From the human T2T-CHM13v2.0 reference genome, Homo sapiens: DNA of 64,000 nucleotides. Location of the stretch: assembly GCF_009914755.1 (NCBI RefSeq), contig NC_060936.1. One strand, given 5' to 3'. Shown here piece after piece: positions 61,444 to 64,000 of this stretch (positions are counted from its first letter, which is position 1; every line of letters begins with the position of its first letter). The translations under genes were made by a program, and so were the position numbers. The notes beneath the pieces were generated by a model. The model saw only the letters and a list, made by a program, of their open reading frames with translations. It did not search any database and was not told where the DNA came from.

Positions 61444-61614
61444 CAGAGCTGCTCTGTCCAATGAGGTAGATGTCGAAATAATTATATTTTTGATATATTG
61501 GGCTAAATAAAATATATTATTAAAATTATTTTTTCTGTTATTTTAAAATGTGGTGACTAGAAAACTTAAAATTACATATGCAGTTCACATTGTATTTCTA
61601 TCAGACGGCACTGA
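61444..61614. mobile_element. MER33-like DNA transposon (internally deleted)
   Basis: GCTCTGTCCAAT..TTTGATATATTGGGCTAAATAAAATATATTATTAAAATT..AAAATTACATATG..ATTTCTATCAGACGGCACTG. Confidence 0.65.
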
Positions 61615-64000
61615 CTTAAGACACCCTCTGGTGTGGGGAATAGTTTTGGCAAAGAGTCAGCATTGCCCTCTTAGCCTGCAGCAGTGTATGGAGAGAAAGG
61701 CAAACCTCCAATTTCAACCCCATCTTGCTGCTTTCAAAAGTAATAATAACTGCTGTGGTTCCCTGGCCCCTACTGCCTCCATCGCAAGCCCTTCTCCACA
61801 GCAGGCTCAGGATAGCACAACCACACCTGAAACCCGCTGTGTGCCACCCCGCCCCAGTGCCCACCGAAGGCTGCCTGTCACACTCAGAATGAGGTCCAAG
61901 TCGTGAGACAACCCTGTGAGGCACTCTCTGACCCAAAGCTCCCACCCTGCCCCGTGTGCTCTGACCAGAGACTTCTTTCTTTTTCTTTAATCGCCAGGCT
62001 CCCCTCCTGCCTTAGGGGCTTTGCATAGCAATTCTGTGCCATCTCCAGTCTCCACTGGGCTGGATCTCTGCCACTCTTAGGGAGGGTACCGCCTGTGAGA
62101 GGCCCTGCTCATGGGCTCTGAGGCTCTTCCCTCCTTCCGGCTCCAGCGCAGCACCCGGTTTCTTTGCATCCCAGAATCTGTCACCCTGCGAAGCGATCTT
62201 GTCCAGATATTTGCTGACTTGCTTATGACTTGTCTCAGCTAAGTCATGCCCTCCTTGAGAGAAGGGACCTTGCCCAGGCTGTGGTATCAGTGCCTGGCAC
62301 TTAGTAGGCATGCAATAAACATTTGTTAAATGAATGAGTGGGCTGAGTCCTCCTCACAGCCCTATGAGGCTGGTCCTGTTACTCTCTCCATGCTACAGAT
62401 AAGGACACTAAGGCACAGAGAGGAGAAAAAACTTGCCTAAAGTTACAGAAATAGTAAAAAAAAAAAACAAGGCCAAGTTGGGATTGGGGCCCAAGGACTG
62501 CAAAATCCAAAGGGAACCCACAGGCCTGGCTACTGGGGCAGGGGCCAAGAAGTCTTGTGGGGTGCTCAGGAATATCACTGGTTATGCCCAGCCTTCTTCC
62601 AGTTATGTCTCTACAGCTGCAGGGCCTGCATCATGGCTTAGAGCTTGAGCTCTGAGCTTGCTGAGACATCAGTGAGCAGGTAGAGAAACACTGGGCTCGG
62701 TTTTCAGAATCTGCACTCCATCTAGGCTCGGCAGAATCTGCACTCACCCATGGACTCAGCCTCTCAGAGGCAGTATGAGTGGGTGGAGGCCTAAGGGTGG
62801 CAGAGATCCAGCCCAGTGGAGACAGGAGATGGCCCTGCTGATGCCAGCCTGGGCTGCACCAGCCCACAGTGAGTTTGGGCAGAGAAGCCCCTAGCCCAGT
62901 TCCCACCCAGCCAGTGGGCATGGTGCCCTGGTCAGCCCCATAGCACTTGGCCTGGCTGTGGGGGGATTTGTTAGGGCCAGGAAGCTTTTCAGGGCTGTGG
63001 GGAGAGCGGACTGCCTAGGAGGGCTGCCTTCCTGCTGCTCCCAAGGGTTTGCTGTTCTCTCTGCTATGCTACCTCTCGTGGCCACAAACAAGACTCAGTT
63101 CCACGGAGGCCCCAGCTGGCAGCTGGGACTGCTGGAAAGGACTGTGACCCATGACAGGGCCATGAGGCCCGGTCTTCCTTTCCACAGGATGCAGCCATGA
63201 AGCTGTGGTCAGCAGATCATAGGGCCATTTTAGCAGAATCTGTAAGTTGTGGTGGTGACTTTGATCTCAGCCTTGACCTTGGCTGCACTGCCATAGCTTG
63301 GCACCAGCAGTGTGCAGCACTTAGGCGGGCAAGCCCTGTTATCTCCAACAGTGGTGCTGCCTGCTCCTAGCTGAACTGCAGACCTCTGTGGAAGGGACTT
63401 TAGCTCAGGAGTGTCACCCCTGAACCTCCTCACCCTTGAAACAAGTGGTGTGGAGAGGAGGACACATATCCTGAAGGGTGCCTAGGAGTCAGCAGCTGGC
63501 ATGGAGGAGTGGTGTCCAGAAGCCAGCGGCAGTGCCCATCTAATGGCTGTGTTGATGCATGCCATGCTGTTATGGGCCCTTGTACACTGGGCCCCACTGA
63601 GGACTTAGGAAACAAATGCGAATGTTTCCTCTGTCTTCGCCAAAAATGGGGAAAACGGAAAGGCAGGCCTATCAGAACTAGCACTGTGGGTGCTGTGGTT
63701 TAGGCTGCAGGAATTAGGGAGAGATCAGTTCAATCAGCATGCTCGTTCCAGACCCCTGGGTTCCATGCCACTGAGGCCAGCCTCCTGACCCTTGTCCGAG
63801 GCACCTGGTCCCCAGCATGCCCTCAGTACTCTAGCACACAAAGGTATAGTTCTTCCAGAAAGAGTGGCCTTTGGGGAACCAGCCCATGTTCCATGAGATG
63901 AATGTCCAGGGGTCATGCAGGGTTATTGACACCATCACAGGAAGGGGTTTAGGAAATTATTATTCTGGGGCTGGAAATTGTAAGTGACTGTTGGAGGTTC

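Overview
Human (primate) genomic DNA, not prokaryotic. It is recognisable as the edge of the chr12q13 type II keratin cluster. The only protein-coding gene I can support is the 3' half of KRT80 on the minus strand: exons 5-9 (165/126/221/56/125 coding nt, all with GT-AG boundaries, 230 C-terminal residues), a long 3' UTR, and intron 4 running off the right end. The other ~52 kb is intergenic. It holds a truncated HERV-E-like pol fragment (1-1987), a MER41A-type solo LTR with TSD, a nested ERVL/MLT1/MER58/Alu stack, a full-length MST-type MaLR provirus, ~30 Alus, old L1/L2/MIR/DNA-transposon fragments, microsatellites and an orphan CpG island (~35.7-36.25 kb). The most interesting observations are: (1) a set of strong CTCF motifs in divergent orientation suggesting a domain boundary at the cluster edge; (2) a 135-nt last intron of KRT80 that encodes up to three tails, with the short-isoform stop codon being the canonical splice acceptor; (3) a candidate distal KRT80 poly(A) signal supplied by a MaLR LTR whose end carries a templated insertion plus snap-back hairpin; (4) several local templated or inverted duplications; (5) two independent Alu insertions at the homologous site of both LTRs of one provirus. 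I see no evidence of a new protein-coding system. Repeat subfamily names come from remembered consensus sequences, repeat boundaries are approximate, and all motif calls are by eye.
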